A stretch of DNA of 64,000 nucleotides from Eledone cirrhosa. Taxonomy: Eukaryota. The translations under genes and the position numbers were made by a program. The DNA lies in the NCBI GenBank assembly GCA_964016885.1, contig OZ024753.1, positions 20,336,001 through 20,400,000 of the forward strand. Direction: 5' to 3'. Below the pieces are notes generated by a model. It worked only from the letters and a program-made list of their open reading frames with translations. It was not told the DNA's origin and made no database searches. Below are positions 36,501-50,500 of this stretch, in pieces; within the stretch, counting starts at the first letter, position 1; each line of letters starts with the position of its first letter.

Positions 36501-39500
36501 TGTGTGTGTTGTGATACAGTGTGTTGTCTGGGGTGTTGGGAAGGATCTGTGTGTGTTGTGATACAGTATAGTGTCTGGGAAGTTGGGAAGGATCTGTGTG
36601 TGTTGTGATACAGTATAGTGTCTGGGGAATTGGGAAGGATCTGTGTGTGTTGTGATACAGTATAGTGTCTGGGGTGTTGGGAAGGATCTGTGTGTGTTGT
36701 GATACAGTGTAGTGTCTGGGGTGTTGGGAAGGATCTGTGTGTGTTGTGATACAGTGTAGTGTCTGGGGTGTTGGGAAGGATCTGTGTGTGTTGTGATACA
36801 GTATAGTGTCTGGGGAGTTGGGAAGGATCTGTGTGTGTTGGGATACAGTATAGTGTCTGGGGTGTTGGGAAGGATCTGTGTGTGTTGTGATACAGTGTAG
36901 TGTCTGGGGAGTTGGGAAGGATCTGTGTGTGTGTTGTGATACAGTGTAGTGTTTGGGGAGTTGGGAAGGATCTGTGTGTGTTGTGATACAGTGTAGTGTC
37001 TGGGGAGTTGGGAAGGGTCTGTGTGTGTTGTGATACAGTGTAGTGTCTGGGGAGTTGGGAAGGATCTGTGTGTGTTGTGATACAGTATAGTGTCTGGGGA
37101 GTTGGGAGGGATCTGTGTGTGTTGTGATACAGTATAGTGTCTGGGGTGTTGGGAAGGATCTGTGTGTGTTGTGATACAGTATAGTGTCTGGGGAGTTGGG
37201 AAGGATCTGTGTGTGTTGTGATACAGTATAGTGTCTGGGGAGTTGGGAAGGATCTGTGTGTGTTGTGATACAGTATAGTGTCTGGGGTGTTGGGAAGGAT
37301 CTGTGTGTGTTGTGATACAGTGTAGTGTCTGGGGAGTTGGGATGGATCTGTGTGTGTTGTGATTCAGTGTAGTGTCTGGGGAGTTGGGAAGGATCTGTGT
37401 GTGTTGTGATACAGTGTAGTGTCTGGGGAGTTGGGAAGGATCTGTGTGTGTTGTGATACAGTGTAGTGTCTGGGGAGTTGGGAAGGATCTGTGTGTGTTG
37501 TGATACAGTATAGTGTCTGGGGTGTTGGGAAGGATCTGTGTGTGTTGTGATACAGTGTAGTGTCTGGGGTGTTGGGACGGATCTGTGTGTGTTGTGATAC
37601 AGTATAGTGTCTGGGGAGTTGGGAAGGATCTGTGTGTGTTGTGATACAGTATAGTGTATGGGGTGTTGGGAAGGATCTGTGTGTGTTGTGATACAGTGTA
37701 GTGTCTGGGGAGTTGGGAAGGATCTGTGTGTGTTGTGATACAGTGTAGTGACTAGGGAGTTGGGAAGGATCTGTGTGTGTTGTGATACAGTATAGTGTCT
37801 GGGGAGTTGGGAAGGATCTGTGTGTGTTGTGATACAGTATAGTGTCTGGGGTTTTGGGAAGGATCTGTGTGTGTTGTGATAGAGTGTAGTGTCTGGGGTG
37901 TTGGAAAGGATCTGTGTGTGTTGTGATACAGTGTAGTGTCTGGGGTGTTGGGAAGAATCTGTGTGTGTTGTGATACAGTATAGTGTCTGGGGAGTTGGGA
38001 AGGATCTGTGTGTGTTGTGATACAGTATAGTGTCTTGGGTGTTGGGAAGGATCTGTGTGTGTTGTGATACAGTGTAGTGTCTGGGGAGTTGGGGAGGATC
38101 TGTGTGTGTTGTGATACAGTGTAGTGTCTGGGGAGTTGGGAAGGATCTGTGTGTGGTGTGATACAGTGTAGTGTCTGGAGAGTTGGGAAGGATCTGTGTG
38201 TGTTGTGATACAGTGTAGTTTCTGGGGAGTTGGGAAGGATCTGTGTGTGTTGTGATACAGTATAGTGTCTGGGGAGTTGGGAAGGATATGTGTGTGTTGT
38301 GATACAGTATAGTGTCTGGGGAGTTGGGAAGGATCTGTGTGTGTTGTGATACAGTATAGTGTCTGGGGTGTTGGGAAGGATCTGTGTGTGTTGTGATACA
38401 GTGTAGTGTCTGATGAGTTGGGAAGGATCTGTGTGTGTTGTGATACAGTGTGTTGTCTGGGGTCTTGGGAAGGATCTGTGTGTGTTGTGATACAGTATAG
38501 TGTCTGGGAAGTTGGGAAGGATCTGTGTGTGTTGTGATACAGTATAGTGTCTGGGGAGTTGGGAAGGATCTGTGTGTGTTGTGATACAGTATAGTGTCTG
38601 GGATGTTGGGAAGGATCTGTGTGTGTTGTGATACAGTGTAGTGTCTGGGGTGTTGGGAAGGATCTGTGTGTGTTGTGATACAGTGTAGTGTCTGGGGTGT
38701 TGGGAAGGATCTGTGTGTGTTGTGATACAGTATAGTGTCTGGGGAGTTGGGAAGGATCTGTGTGTGTTGGGATACAGTATAGTGTCTGGGGTGTTGGGAA
38801 GGATCTGTGTGTGTTGTGATACAGTGTAGTGTCTGGGGAGTTGGGAAGGATCTGTGTGTGTGTTGTGATACAGTGTAGTGTGTGGGGAGTTGGGAAGGAT
38901 CTGTGTGTGTTGTGATACAGTGTAGTGACTGGGGAGTTGGGAAGGATCTGTGTGTGTTGTGATACAGTATAGTGTCTGGGGTGTTGGGAAGGATATGTGT
39001 GTGTTGTGATACAGTGTAGTGTCTGGGGTGTTGGGAAGGATCTATGTGTGTTGTGATACAGTATAGTGTCTGGGGAGTTGGGAAGGATCTGTGTGTGTTG
39101 TGATACAGTATAGTGTCTGGGGTGTTGGGAAGGATCTGTGTGTGTTGTGATACAGTGTAGTGTCTGGGGAGTTGGGAAGGATCTGTGTGTGTTGTGATAC
39201 AGTGTAGTGTCTAGGGAGTTGGGAAGGATCTATGTGTGTTGTGATACAGTATAGTGTCTGGGGAGTAGGGAAGGATCTGTGTGTGTTGTGATACAGTATA
39301 GTGTCTGGTGTGTTGGGAAGGATATGTGTGTGTTGTGATACAGTGTAGTGTCTGGGGTGTTGGGAAGGATCTGTGTGTGTTGTGATACAGTATAGTGTCT
39401 GGGGAGTTGGGAAGGATCTGTGTGTGTTGTGATACAGTATAGTGTCTGGGGTGTTGGGAAGGATCTGTGTGTGTTGTGATACAGTGTAGTGTCTGGGGAG

Positions 39501-41500
39501 TTGGGAAGGATCTGTGTGTGTTGTGATACAGTGTAGTGTCTGGGAAGTTGGGAAGGATCTGTGTGTGTTGTGATACAGTGTAGTGTCTGGGGAGTTGTGA
39601 AGGATCTGTGTGTGTTGTGATACAGTATAGTGTCTGGGGAGTTGGGAAGGATCTGTGTGTGTTGTGATCCAGTATAATGTCTGGGGAGTTCGGAAGGATC
39701 TGTGTGTGTTGTGATACAGTATAGTGTCTGGGGTGTTGGGAAGGATCTGTGTGTGTTGTGATACAGTGTAGTGTCTGGGGAGTTGGGAAGGATCTGTGTG
39801 TGTTGTGATACAGTGTAGTGTCTGGGGAGTTGGGAAGGATCTGTGTGTGTTGTGATACAGTGTAGTGTCTGGGGAGTTGGGAAGGATCTGTGTGTGTTGT
39901 GATACAGTGTAGTTACTGGGGAGTTGGGAAGGATCTGTGTGTGTTGTGATACAGTATAGTGTCTGGGGTGTTGGGAAGGATCTGTGTGTGTTGTGATACA
40001 GTGTAGTGTCTGGGGTGTTGGGAAGGATCTGTGTGTGTTGTGATACAGTATAGTGTCTGGGGAGTTGGGAAGGATCTGTGTGTGTTGTGATACAGTGTAG
40101 TTACTGGGGAGTTGGGAAGGATCTGTGTGTGTTGTGATACAGTATAGTGTCTGGGGTGTTGGGAAGGATCTGTGTGTGTTGTGATACAGTATAGTGTCTG
40201 GGGTGTTGGGAAGGATCTGTGTGTGTTGTGATACAGTATAGTGTCTGGGGAGTTGGGAAGGATCTGTGTGTGTTCTGATACAGTATAGTGTCTGGGGTGT
40301 TGGGAAGGATCTGTGTGTGTTGTGATACAGTGTAGTGTCTGGGGATTTGGGAAGGATCTGTGTGTGTTGTGATACAGTGTAGTGTCTAGGGAGTTGGGAA
40401 GGATCTGTGTGTGTTGTGATACAGTATAGTGTCTGGGGAGTTGGGAAGGATCTGTGTGCGTTGTGATACAGTATAGTGTCTGGGGTGTTGGGAAGGATCT
40501 GTGTGTGTTGTGATACAGTGTAGTGTCTGGGGTGTTGGGAAGGATCTGTGTGTGTTGTGATACAGTGTAGTGTCTGGGGTGTTGGGAAGGATCTGTGTGT
40601 GTTGTGATACAGTATAGTGTCTGGGGAGTTGGGAAGGATCTGTGTGTGTTGTGATACATTATAGTGTCTTGGGTGTTGGGAAGGATCTGTGTGTGTTGTG
40701 ATACAGTGTAGTGTCTGGGGAGTTGGGAAGGATATGTGTGTGTTGTGATACAGTGTAGTGTCTGGGGAGTTGGGAAGGATCTGTGTGTGGTGTGATACAG
40801 TGTAGTCTCTGGAGAGTTGGGAAGGATCTGTGTGTGTTGTGATACAGTGTAGTGTCTGGGGAGTTGGGAAGGATCTGTGTGTGTTGTGATACAGTGTAGT
40901 GTCTGGGGAGTTGGGAAGCATATGTGTGTGTTGTGATACAGTGTAGTGTCTGGGGAGTTGGTAAGGATCTGTGTGTGTTGTGATACAGTGTAGTGCCTAG
41001 GGAGTTGGGAAGGATCTGTGTGTGTTGTGATACAGTATAGTGTCTGGGGAGTTGGGAAGGATCTGTGTGTGTTGTGATACAGTATAGTGTCTGGGGTTTT
41101 GGGAAGGATCTGTGTGTGTTGTGATAGAGTGTAGTGTCTGGGGTGTTGGAAAGGATCTGTGTGTGTTGTGATACAGTGTAGTGTCTGGGGTGTTGGGAAG
41201 AATCTGTGTGTGTTGTGATACAGTATAATGTCTGGGGAGTTGGGAAGGATCTGTGTGTGTTGTGATACAGTATAGTGTCTTGGGTGTTGGGAAGGATCTG
41301 TGTGTGTTGTGATACAGTGTAGTGTCTGGTGAGTTGGGAAGGATCTGTGTGTGTTGTGATACAGTATAGTGTCTGGGGAGTTGGGGAGGATCTGTGTGTG
41401 TTGTGATACAGTGTAGTGTCTGGGGAGTTGGGAAGGATCTGTGTGTGGTGTGATACAGTGTAGTGTCTGGAGAGTTGGGAAGGATATGTGTGTGTTGTGA
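24600..41500. repeat. Array domain 2: ~3 copies of a ~5.5-6.3 kb higher-order unit
   Basis: Near-identical ORFs have left ends at 27331/33492/39230 and 28014/34175/39913 (offsets 6161, 5738). Markers CCAGTATAATG..GTTCGG lie at ~27770/33931/39669 and GCATATG at ~29019/35321/40918. The right boundary is gradual. Confidence 0.85.
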
Positions 41501-44500
41501 TACAGTGTAGTGTCTGGGGAGTTGGGAAGGATCTGTGTGTGTTGTGATACAGTATAGTGTCTGGGGAGTTGGGAAGGATATGTGTGTGTTGTGATACAGT
41601 ATAGTGTCTGGGGAGTTGGGAAGGATCTGTGTGTGTTGTGATACAGTATAGTGTCTGGGGTGTTGGGAAGGATCTGTGTGTGTTGTGATACAGTGTAGTG
41701 TCTGATGAGTTGGGAAGGATCTGTGTGTGTTGTGATACAGTGTGTTGTCTGGGGTGTTGGGAAGGATCTGTGTGTGTTGTGATACAGTATAGTGTCTGGG
41801 AAGTTGGGAAGGATCTGTGTGTGTTGTGATACAGTATAGTGTCTGGGGAGTTGGGAAGGATCTGTGTGTGTTGTGATACAGTATAGTGTCTGGGGTGTTG
41901 GGAAGGATCTGTGTGTGTTGTGATACAGTGTAGTGTCTGGGGTGTTGAGAAGGATCTGTGTGTGTTGTGATACAGTGTAGTGTCTGGGGTGTTGGGAAGG
42001 ATCTGTGTGTGTTGTGATACAGTATAGTGTCTGGGGAGTTGGGAAGGATCTGTGTGTGTTGGGATACAGTATAGTGTCTGGGGTGTTGGGAAGGATCTGT
42101 GTGTGTTGTGATACAGTGTAGTGTCTGGGGAGTTGGGAAGGATCTGTGTGTGTGTTGTGATACAGTGTAGTGTTTGGGAAGTTGGGAAGGATCTGTGTGT
42201 GTTGTGATACAGTGTAGTGTCTGGGGAGTTGGGAAGGGTCTGTGTGTGTTGTGATACAGTGTAGTGTCCGGGGAGTTGGGAAGGATCTGTGTGTGTTGTG
42301 ATACAGTATAGTGTCTGGGGAGTTGGGAAGGATCTGTGTGTGTTGTGATACAGTATAGTGTCTGGGGTGTTGGGAAGGATCTGTGTGTGTTGTGATGCAA
42401 TGTAGTGTCTGGGGAGTTGGGAAGGATCTGTGTGTGTTGTGATACAGTGTAGTGTCTGGGGAGTTGGGAAGGATCTGTGTGTGTTGTGATACAGTGTAGT
42501 GTCTGGGGAGTTGGGAAGGATCTGTGTGTGTTGTGATACAGTGTAGTGACTGGGGAGTTGGGAAGGATCTGTGTGTGTTGTGATACAGTATAGTGTCTGG
42601 GGTGTTGGGAAGGATATGTGTGTGTTGTGATACAGTGTAGTGTCTGGGGTGTTGGGAAGGATCTATGTGTGTTGTGATACAGTATAGTGTCTGGGGAGTT
42701 GGGAAGGATCTGTGTGTGTTGTGATACAGTATAGTGTCTGGGGTGTTGGGAAGGATCTGTGTGTGTTGTGATACAGTGTAGTGTCTGGGGAGTTGGGAAG
42801 GATCTGTGTGTGTTGTGATACAGTGTAGTGTCTAGGGAGTTGGGAAGGATCTATGTGTGTTGTGATACAGTATAGTGTCTGGGGAGTAGGGAAGGATCTG
42901 TGTGTGTTGTGATACAGTATAGTGTCTGGTGTGTTGGGAAGGATCTGTGTGTGTTGTGATACAGTGTAGTGTCTGGGGTGTTGGGAAGGATCTGTGTGTG
43001 TTGTGATACAGTGTAGTGTCTGGGGTGTTGGGAAGGATCTGTGTGTGTTGTGATACAGTATAGTGTCTGGGGAGTTGGGAAGGATCTGTGTGTGTTGTGA
43101 TACAGTATAGTGTCTGGGGTGTTGGGAAGGATCTGTGTGTGTTGTGATACAGTGTAGTGTCTGGGGAGTTGGGAAGGATCTGTGTGTGTTGTGATACAGT
43201 GTAGTGTCTGGTGAGTTGGGAAGGATCTGTGTGTGTTGTGATACAGTGTAGTGTCTGGGGAGTTGGGAAGGATCTGTGTGTGTTGTGATACAGTATAGTG
43301 TCTGGGGAGTTGGGAAGGATCTGTGTGTGTTGTGATCCAGTATAGTGTCTGGGGAGTTGGGAAGGATCTGTGTGTGTTGTGATACAGTATAGTGTCTGGG
43401 GTGTTGGGAAGGATCTGTGTGTGTTGTGATACAGTGTAGTGTCTGGGGAGTTGGGAAGGATCTGTGTGTGTTGTGATACAGTGTAGTGTCTGGGGAGTTG
43501 GGAAGGATCTGTGTGTGTTGTGATACAGTGTAGTGTCTGGGGAGTTGGGAAGGATCTGTGTGTGTTGTGATACAGTGTAGTTACTGGGGAGTTGGGAAGG
43601 ATCTGTGTGTGTTGTGATACAGTATAGTGTCTGGGGTGTTGGAAAGGATCTGTGTGTGTTGTGATACAGTGTAGTGTCTGGGGTGTTGGGAAGGATCTGT
43701 GTGTGTTGTGATACAGTATAGTGTCTGGGGAGTTGGGAAGGATCTGTGTGTGTTGTGATACAGTGTAGTTACTGGGGAGTTGGGAAGGATCTGTGTGTCT
43801 TGTGATACAGTATAGTGTCTGGGGTGTTGGGAAGGATCTGTGTGTGTTGTGATACAGTGTAGTGTCTGGGATGTTGGGAAGGATCTGTGTGTGTTGTGAT
43901 ACAGTATAGTGTCTGGGGAGTTGGGAAGGATCTGTGTGTGTTCTGATACAGTATAGTGTCTGGGGTGTTGGGAAGGATCTGTGTGTGTTGTGATACAGTG
44001 TAGTGTCTGGGGATTTGGGAAGGATCTGTGTGTGTTGTGATACAGTGTAGTGTCTAGGGAGTTGGGAAGGATCTGTGTGTGTTGTGATACAGTATAGTGT
44101 CTGGGGAGTTGGGAAGGATCTGTGTGCGTTGTGATACAGTATAGTGTCTGGGGTGTTGGGAAGGATCTGTGTGTGTTGTGATACAGTGTAGTGTCTGGGG
44201 TGTTGGGAAGGATCTGTGTGTTTTGTGATACAGTGTAGTGTCTGGGGTGTTGGGAAGGATCTGTGTGTGTTGTGATACAGTATAGTGTCTGGGGAGTTGG
44301 GAAGGATCTGTGTGTGTTGTGATACAGTATAGTGTCTTGGGTGTTGGGAAGGATCTGTGTGTGTTGTGATACAGTGTAGTGTCTGGGGAGTTGGGAAGGA
44401 TATGTGTGTGTTGTGATACAGTGTAGTGTCTGGGGAGTTGGGAAGGATCTGTGTGTGGTGTGATACAGTGTAGTGTCTGGAGAGTTGGGAAGGATCTGTG

Positions 44501-47500
44501 TGTGTTGTGATACAGTGTAGTGTCTGGGGAGTTGGGAAGGATCTCTGTGTGTTGTGATACAGTGTAGTGTCTGGGGAGTTGGGAAGCATCTGTGTGTGTT
44601 GTGATACAGTGTAGTGTCTGGGGAGTTGGGAAGGATCTGTGTGTGTTGTGATACAGTATAGTATCTGGGTAGTTGGGAAGGATCTGTGTGTGTTGTGATA
44701 CAGTATAGTGTCTGGGGAGTTGGGAAGGATCTGTGTGTGTTGTGATACAGTATAGTGTCTGGGGTGTTGGAAGGATCTGTGTGTGTTGTGATACAGTGTA
44801 GTGTCTGGGGAGTTGGGAAGGATCTGTGTGTATTGTGATACAGTATAGTGTCTGGTGTGTTGGGAAGGATCTGTGTGTGTTGTGATACAGTGTAGTGTCT
44901 GGGGTGTTGGGAAGGATCTGTGTGTGTTGTGATACAGTGTAGTGTCTGGGGTGTTGGGAAGGATCTGTGTGTGTTGTGATACAGTATAGTGTCTGGGGAG
45001 GTGGGAAGGATCTGTGTGTGTTGTGATACAGTATAGTGTCTGGGGAGTTGGGAAGGATCTGTGTGTGTTGTGATACAGTATAGTGTCTGGGGTGTTGGGA
45101 AGGATCTGTGTGTGTTGTGATACAGTGTAGTGTCTGGGGAGTTGGGATGGATCTGTGTGTGTTGTGATACAGTGTAGTGTCTGGGGAGTTGGGAAGGATC
45201 TGTGTGTGTTGTGATACAGTGTAGTGTCTGGGGAGTTGGGAAGGATCTGTGTGTGTTGTGATACAGTGTAGTGTCTGGGGAGTTGGGAAGGATCTGTGTG
45301 TGTTGTGATACAGTATAGTGTCTGGGGTGTTGGGAAGGATCTGTGTGTGTTGTGATACAGTGTAGTGTCTGGGGTGTTGGGAAGGATCTGTGTGTGTTGT
45401 GATACAGTATAGTGTCTGGGGAGTTGGGAAGGATCTGTGTGTGTTGTGATACAGTATAGTGTCTGGGGTGTTGGGAAGGATCTGTGTGTGTTGTGATACA
45501 GTGTAGTGTCTGGGGAGTTGGGAAGGATATGTGTGTGTTGTGATACAGTGTAGTGCCTAGAGAGTTGGGAAGGATCTGTGTGTGTTGTGATACAGTATAG
45601 TGTCTGGGGAGTTGGGAAGGATCTGTGTGTGTTGTGATACAGTATAGTGTCTGGGGTTTTGGGAAGGATCTGTGTGTGTTGTGATAGAGTGTAGTGTCTG
45701 GGGTGTTGGGAAGGATCTGTGTGTGTTGTGATACAGTGTAGTGTCTGGGGTGTTGGGAAGAATCTGTGTGTGTTGTGATACAGTATAGTGTCTGGGGAGT
45801 TGGGAAGGATCTGTGTGTGTTGTGATACAGTATAGTGTCTTGGGTGTTGGGAAGGATCTGTGTGTGTTGTGATACAGTGTAGTGTCTGGGGAGTTGGTGA
45901 GGATCTGTGTGTGTTGTGATACAGTGTAGTGTCTGGGGAGTTGGGAAGGATCTGTGTGTGGTGTGATACAGTGTAGTGTCTGGAGAGTTGGGAAGGATCT
46001 GTGTGTGTTGTGATACAGTGTAGTGTCTGGGGAGTTGGGAAGGATCTGTGTGTGTTGTGATACAGTATAGTGTCTGGGGAGTTGGGAAGGATATGTGTGT
46101 GTTGTGATACAGTATAGTGTCTGGGGAGTTGGGAAGGATCTGTGTGTGTTGTGATACAGTATAGTGTCTGGGGTGTTGGGAAGGATCTGTGTGTGTTGTG
46201 ATACAGTGTAGTGTCTGATGAGTTGGGAAGGATCTGTGTGTGTTGTGATACAGTGTGTTGTATGGGGTGTTGGGAAGGATCTGTGTGTGTTGTGATACAG
46301 TATAGTGTTTGGGAAGTTGGGAAGCATCTGTGTGTGTTGTGATACAGTATAGTGTCTGGGGAGTTGGGAAGGATCTGTGTGTGTTGTGATACAGTATAGT
46401 GTCTGGGGAGTTGGGAAGGATCTGTGTGTGTTGTGATACAGTATAGTGTCTGGGGTGTTGGGAAGGATATGTGTGTGTTGTGATACAGTGTAGTGTCTGG
46501 GGAGTTAGGAAGGATCTGTGTGTGTTGTGATACAGTGTAGTGTCTGGGGAGTTGGGAAGGATCTGTGTGTGTTGTGATACAGTGTAGTGTCTGGGGAGTT
46601 GGGAAGGATCTGTGTGTGTTGTGATACAGTGTAGTTACTGGGGAGTTGGGAAGGATCTGTGTGTTGTGATACAGTATAGTGTCTGGGGTGTTGGGAAGGA
46701 TCTGTGTGTGTTGTGATACAGTGTAGTGTCTGGGGTGTTGGGAAGGATCTGTGTGTGTTGTGATACAGTATAGTGTCTGGGGAGTTGGGAAGGATCTGTG
46801 TGTGTTGTGATACAGTGTAGTTACTGGGAAGTTGGGAAGGATCTGTGTGTGTTGTGATACAGTATAGTGTCTGGGGTGTTGGGAAGGATCTGTGTGTGTT
46901 GTGATAGTGTAGTGTCTGGGGTGTTGGGAAGGATCTGTGTGTGTTGTGATACAGTATAGTGTCTGGGGAGTTGGGAAGGATCTGTGTGTGTTCTGATACA
47001 GTATAGTGTCTGGGGTGTTGGGAAGGATCTGTGTGTGTTGTGATACAGTGTAGTGTCTGGGGATTTGGGAAGGATCTGTGTGTGTTGTGATACAGTGTAG
47101 TGTCTAGGGAGTTGGGAAGGATCTGTGTGTGTTGTGATACAGTATAGTGTCTGGGGAGTTGGGAAGGATCTGTGTGCGTTGTGATACAGTATAGTGTCTG
47201 GGGTGTTGGGAAGGATCTGTGTGTGTTGTGATACAGTGTAGTGTCTGGGGTGTTGGGAAGGATCTGTGTGTTTTGTGATACAGTGTAGTGTCTGGGGTGT
47301 TGGGAAGGATCTGTGTGTGGTGTGATACAGTGTAGTGTCTGGAGAGTTGGGAAGGATCTGTGTGTGTTGTGATACAGTATAGTGTCTTGGGTGTTGGGAA
47401 GGATATGTGTGTGTTGTGATACAGTGTAGTGTCTGGGGAGTTGGGAAGGACATGTGTGTGTTGTGATACAGTGTAGTGTCTGGGGAGTTGGGAAGGATCT

Positions 47501-50500
47501 GTGTGTGGTGTGATACAGTGTAGTGTCTGGAGAGTTGGGAAGGATCTGTGTGTGTTGTGATACAGTGTAGTGTCTGGGGAGTTGGGAAGGATCTGTGTGT
47601 GTTGTGATACAGTGTAGTGTCTGGGGAGTTGGGAAGCATCTGTGTGTGTTGTGATACAGTGTAGTGTCTGGGGTGTTGGGAAGGATCTGTGTGTGTTGTG
47701 ATACAGTGTAGTGTCTGGGGTGTTGGGAAGGATCTGTGTGTGTTGTGATACAGTATAGTGTCTGGGGAGTTGGGAAGGATATGTGTGTGTTGTGATACAG
47801 TGTAGTTACTGGGAAGTTGGGAAGGATCTGTGTGTGTTGTGATACAGTATAGTGTCTGGGGTGTTGGGAAGGATCTGTGTGTGTTGTGATAGTGTAGTGT
47901 CTGGGGTGTTGGGAAGGATATGTGTGTGTTGTGATACAGTATAGTGTCTGGGGAGTTGGGAAGGATCTGTGTGTGTTCTGATACAGTATAGTGTCTGGGG
48001 TGTTGGGAAGGATCTGTGTGTGTTGTGATACAGTGTAGTGTCTGGGGATTTGGGAAGGATCTGTGTGTGTTGTGATACAGTGTAGTGTCTAGGGAGTTGG
48101 GAAGGATCTGTGTGTGTTGTGATACAGTATAGTGTCTGGGGAGTTGGGAAGGATCTGTGTGCGTTGTGATACAGTATAGTGTCTGGGGTGTTGGGAAGGA
48201 TCTGTGTGTGTTGTGATACAGTGTAGTGTCTGGGGTGTTGGGAAGGATCTGTGTGTGTTGTGATACAGTGTAGTGTCTGGGGTGTTGGGAAGGATCTGTG
48301 TGTGTTGTGATACAGTATAGTGTCTGGGGAGTTGGGAAGAATCTGTGTGTGTTGTGATACAGTATAGTGTCTTGGGTGTTGGGAAGGATCTGTGTGTGTT
48401 GTGATACAGTGTAGTGTCTGGGGAGTTGGGAAGGATATGTGTGTGTTGTGATACAGTGTAGTGTCTGGGGAGTTGGGAAGGATCTGTGTGTGGTGTGATA
48501 CAGTGTAGTGTCTGGAGAGTTGGGAAGGATCTGTGTGTGTTGTGATACAGTGTAGTGTCTGGGGAGTTGGGAAGGATCTGTGTGTGTTGTGATACAGTGT
48601 AGTGTCTGGCGAGTTGGGAAGCATCTGTGTGTGTTGTGATACAGTGTAGTGTCTGGGGAGTTGGGAAGGATCTGTGTGTGTTGTGATACAGTATAGTGTC
48701 TGGGGAGTTGGGAAGGATCTGTGTGTGTTGTGATACACTATAGTGTCTGGGGTGTTGGAAGGATCTGTGTGTGTTGTGATACAGTGTAGTGTCTGGGGAG
48801 TTGGGAAGGATCTGTGTGTGTTGTGATACAGTATAGTGTCTGGTGTGTTGGGAAGGATCTGTGTGTGTTGTGATACAGTGTAGTGTCTGGGGTGTTGGGA
48901 AGGATCTGTGTGTGTTGTGATACAGTGTAGTGTCTGGGGTGTTGGGAAGGATCTGTGTGTGTTGTGATACAGTATAGTGTCTGGGGAGTTGGGAAGGATC
49001 TGTGTGTGTTGTGATACAGTATAGTGTCTGGGGTGTTGGGAAGGATCTGTGTGTGTTGTGATACAGTGTAGTGTCTGGGGAGTTGGGAAGGATCTGTGTG
49101 TGTTGTGATACAGTGTAGTGTCTGTGGAGTTGGGAAGGATCTGTGTGTGTTGTGATACAGTGTAGTGTCTGGGGAGTTGGGAAGGATCTGTGTGTGTTGT
49201 GATACAGTATAGTGTCTGGGGAGTTGGGAAGGATCTGTGTGTGTTGTGATCCAGTATAGTGTCTGGGGAGTTGGGAAGGATCTGTGTGTGTTGTGATACA
49301 GTATAGTGTCTGGGGTGTTGGGAAGGATCTGTGTGTGTTGTGATACAGTGTAGTGTCTGGGGAGTTGGGAAGGATCTGTGTGTGTTGTGATACAGTGTAG
49401 TGTCTGGGGAGTTGGGAAGGATCTGTGTGTGTTGTGATACAGTGTAGTGTCTGGGGAGTTGGGAAGGATCTGTGTGTGTTGTGATACAGTGTAGTTACTG
49501 GGGAGTTGGGAAGGATCTGTGTGTGTTGTGATACAGTATAGTGTCTGGGATGTTGGGAAGGATCTGTGTGTGTTGTGATACAGTGTAGTGTCTGGGGTGT
49601 TGGGAAGGATATGTGTGTGTTGTGATACAGTATAGTGTCTGGGGAGTTGGGAAGGATCTGTGTGTGTTGTGATACAGTGTAGTTACTGGGGAGTTGGGAA
49701 GGATCTGTGTGTGTTGTGATACAGTATAGTGTCTGGGGTGTTGGGAAGGATCTGTGTGTGTTGTGATACAGTGTAGTGTCTGGGGTGTTGGGAAGGATCT
49801 GTGTGTGTTGTGATACAGTATAGTGTCTGGGGAGTTGGGAAGGATCTGTGTGTGTTCTGATACAGTATAGTGTCTGGGGTGTTGGGAAGGATCTGTGTGT
49901 GTTGTGATACAGTGTAGTGTCTGGGGATTTGGGAAGGATCTGTGTGTGTTGTGATACAGTGTAGTGTCTAGGGAGTTGGGAAGGATCTGTGTGTGTTGTG
50001 ATACAGTATAGTGTCTGGGGAGTTGGGAAGGATCTGTGTGCGTTGTGATACAGTATAGTGTCTGGGGAGTTGGGAAGGATCTGTGTGTGGTGTGATACAG
50101 TGTAGTGTCTGGAGAGTTGGGAAGGATCTGTGTGTGTTGTGATACAGTGTAGTGTCTGGGGAGTTGGGAAGGATCTGTGTGTGTTGTGATACAGTGTAGT
50201 GTCTGGGGAGTTGGGAAGGATCTGTGTGTGTTGTGATACAGTATAGTATCTGGGGAGTTGGGAAGGATCTGTGTGTGTTGTGATACAGTGTAGTGTCTGG
50301 GGAGTTGGGAAGGATCTGTGTGTGTTGTGATACAGTATAGTGTCTGGGGTGTTGGGAAGGATCTGTGTGTGTTGTGATACAGTATAGTGTCTGGGGAGTT
50401 GGGAAGGATCTGTGTGTGTTGTGATACAGTATAGTGTCTGGGGTGTTGGAAGGATCTGTGTGTGTTGTGATACAGTGTAGTGTCTGGGGAGTTGGGAAGG

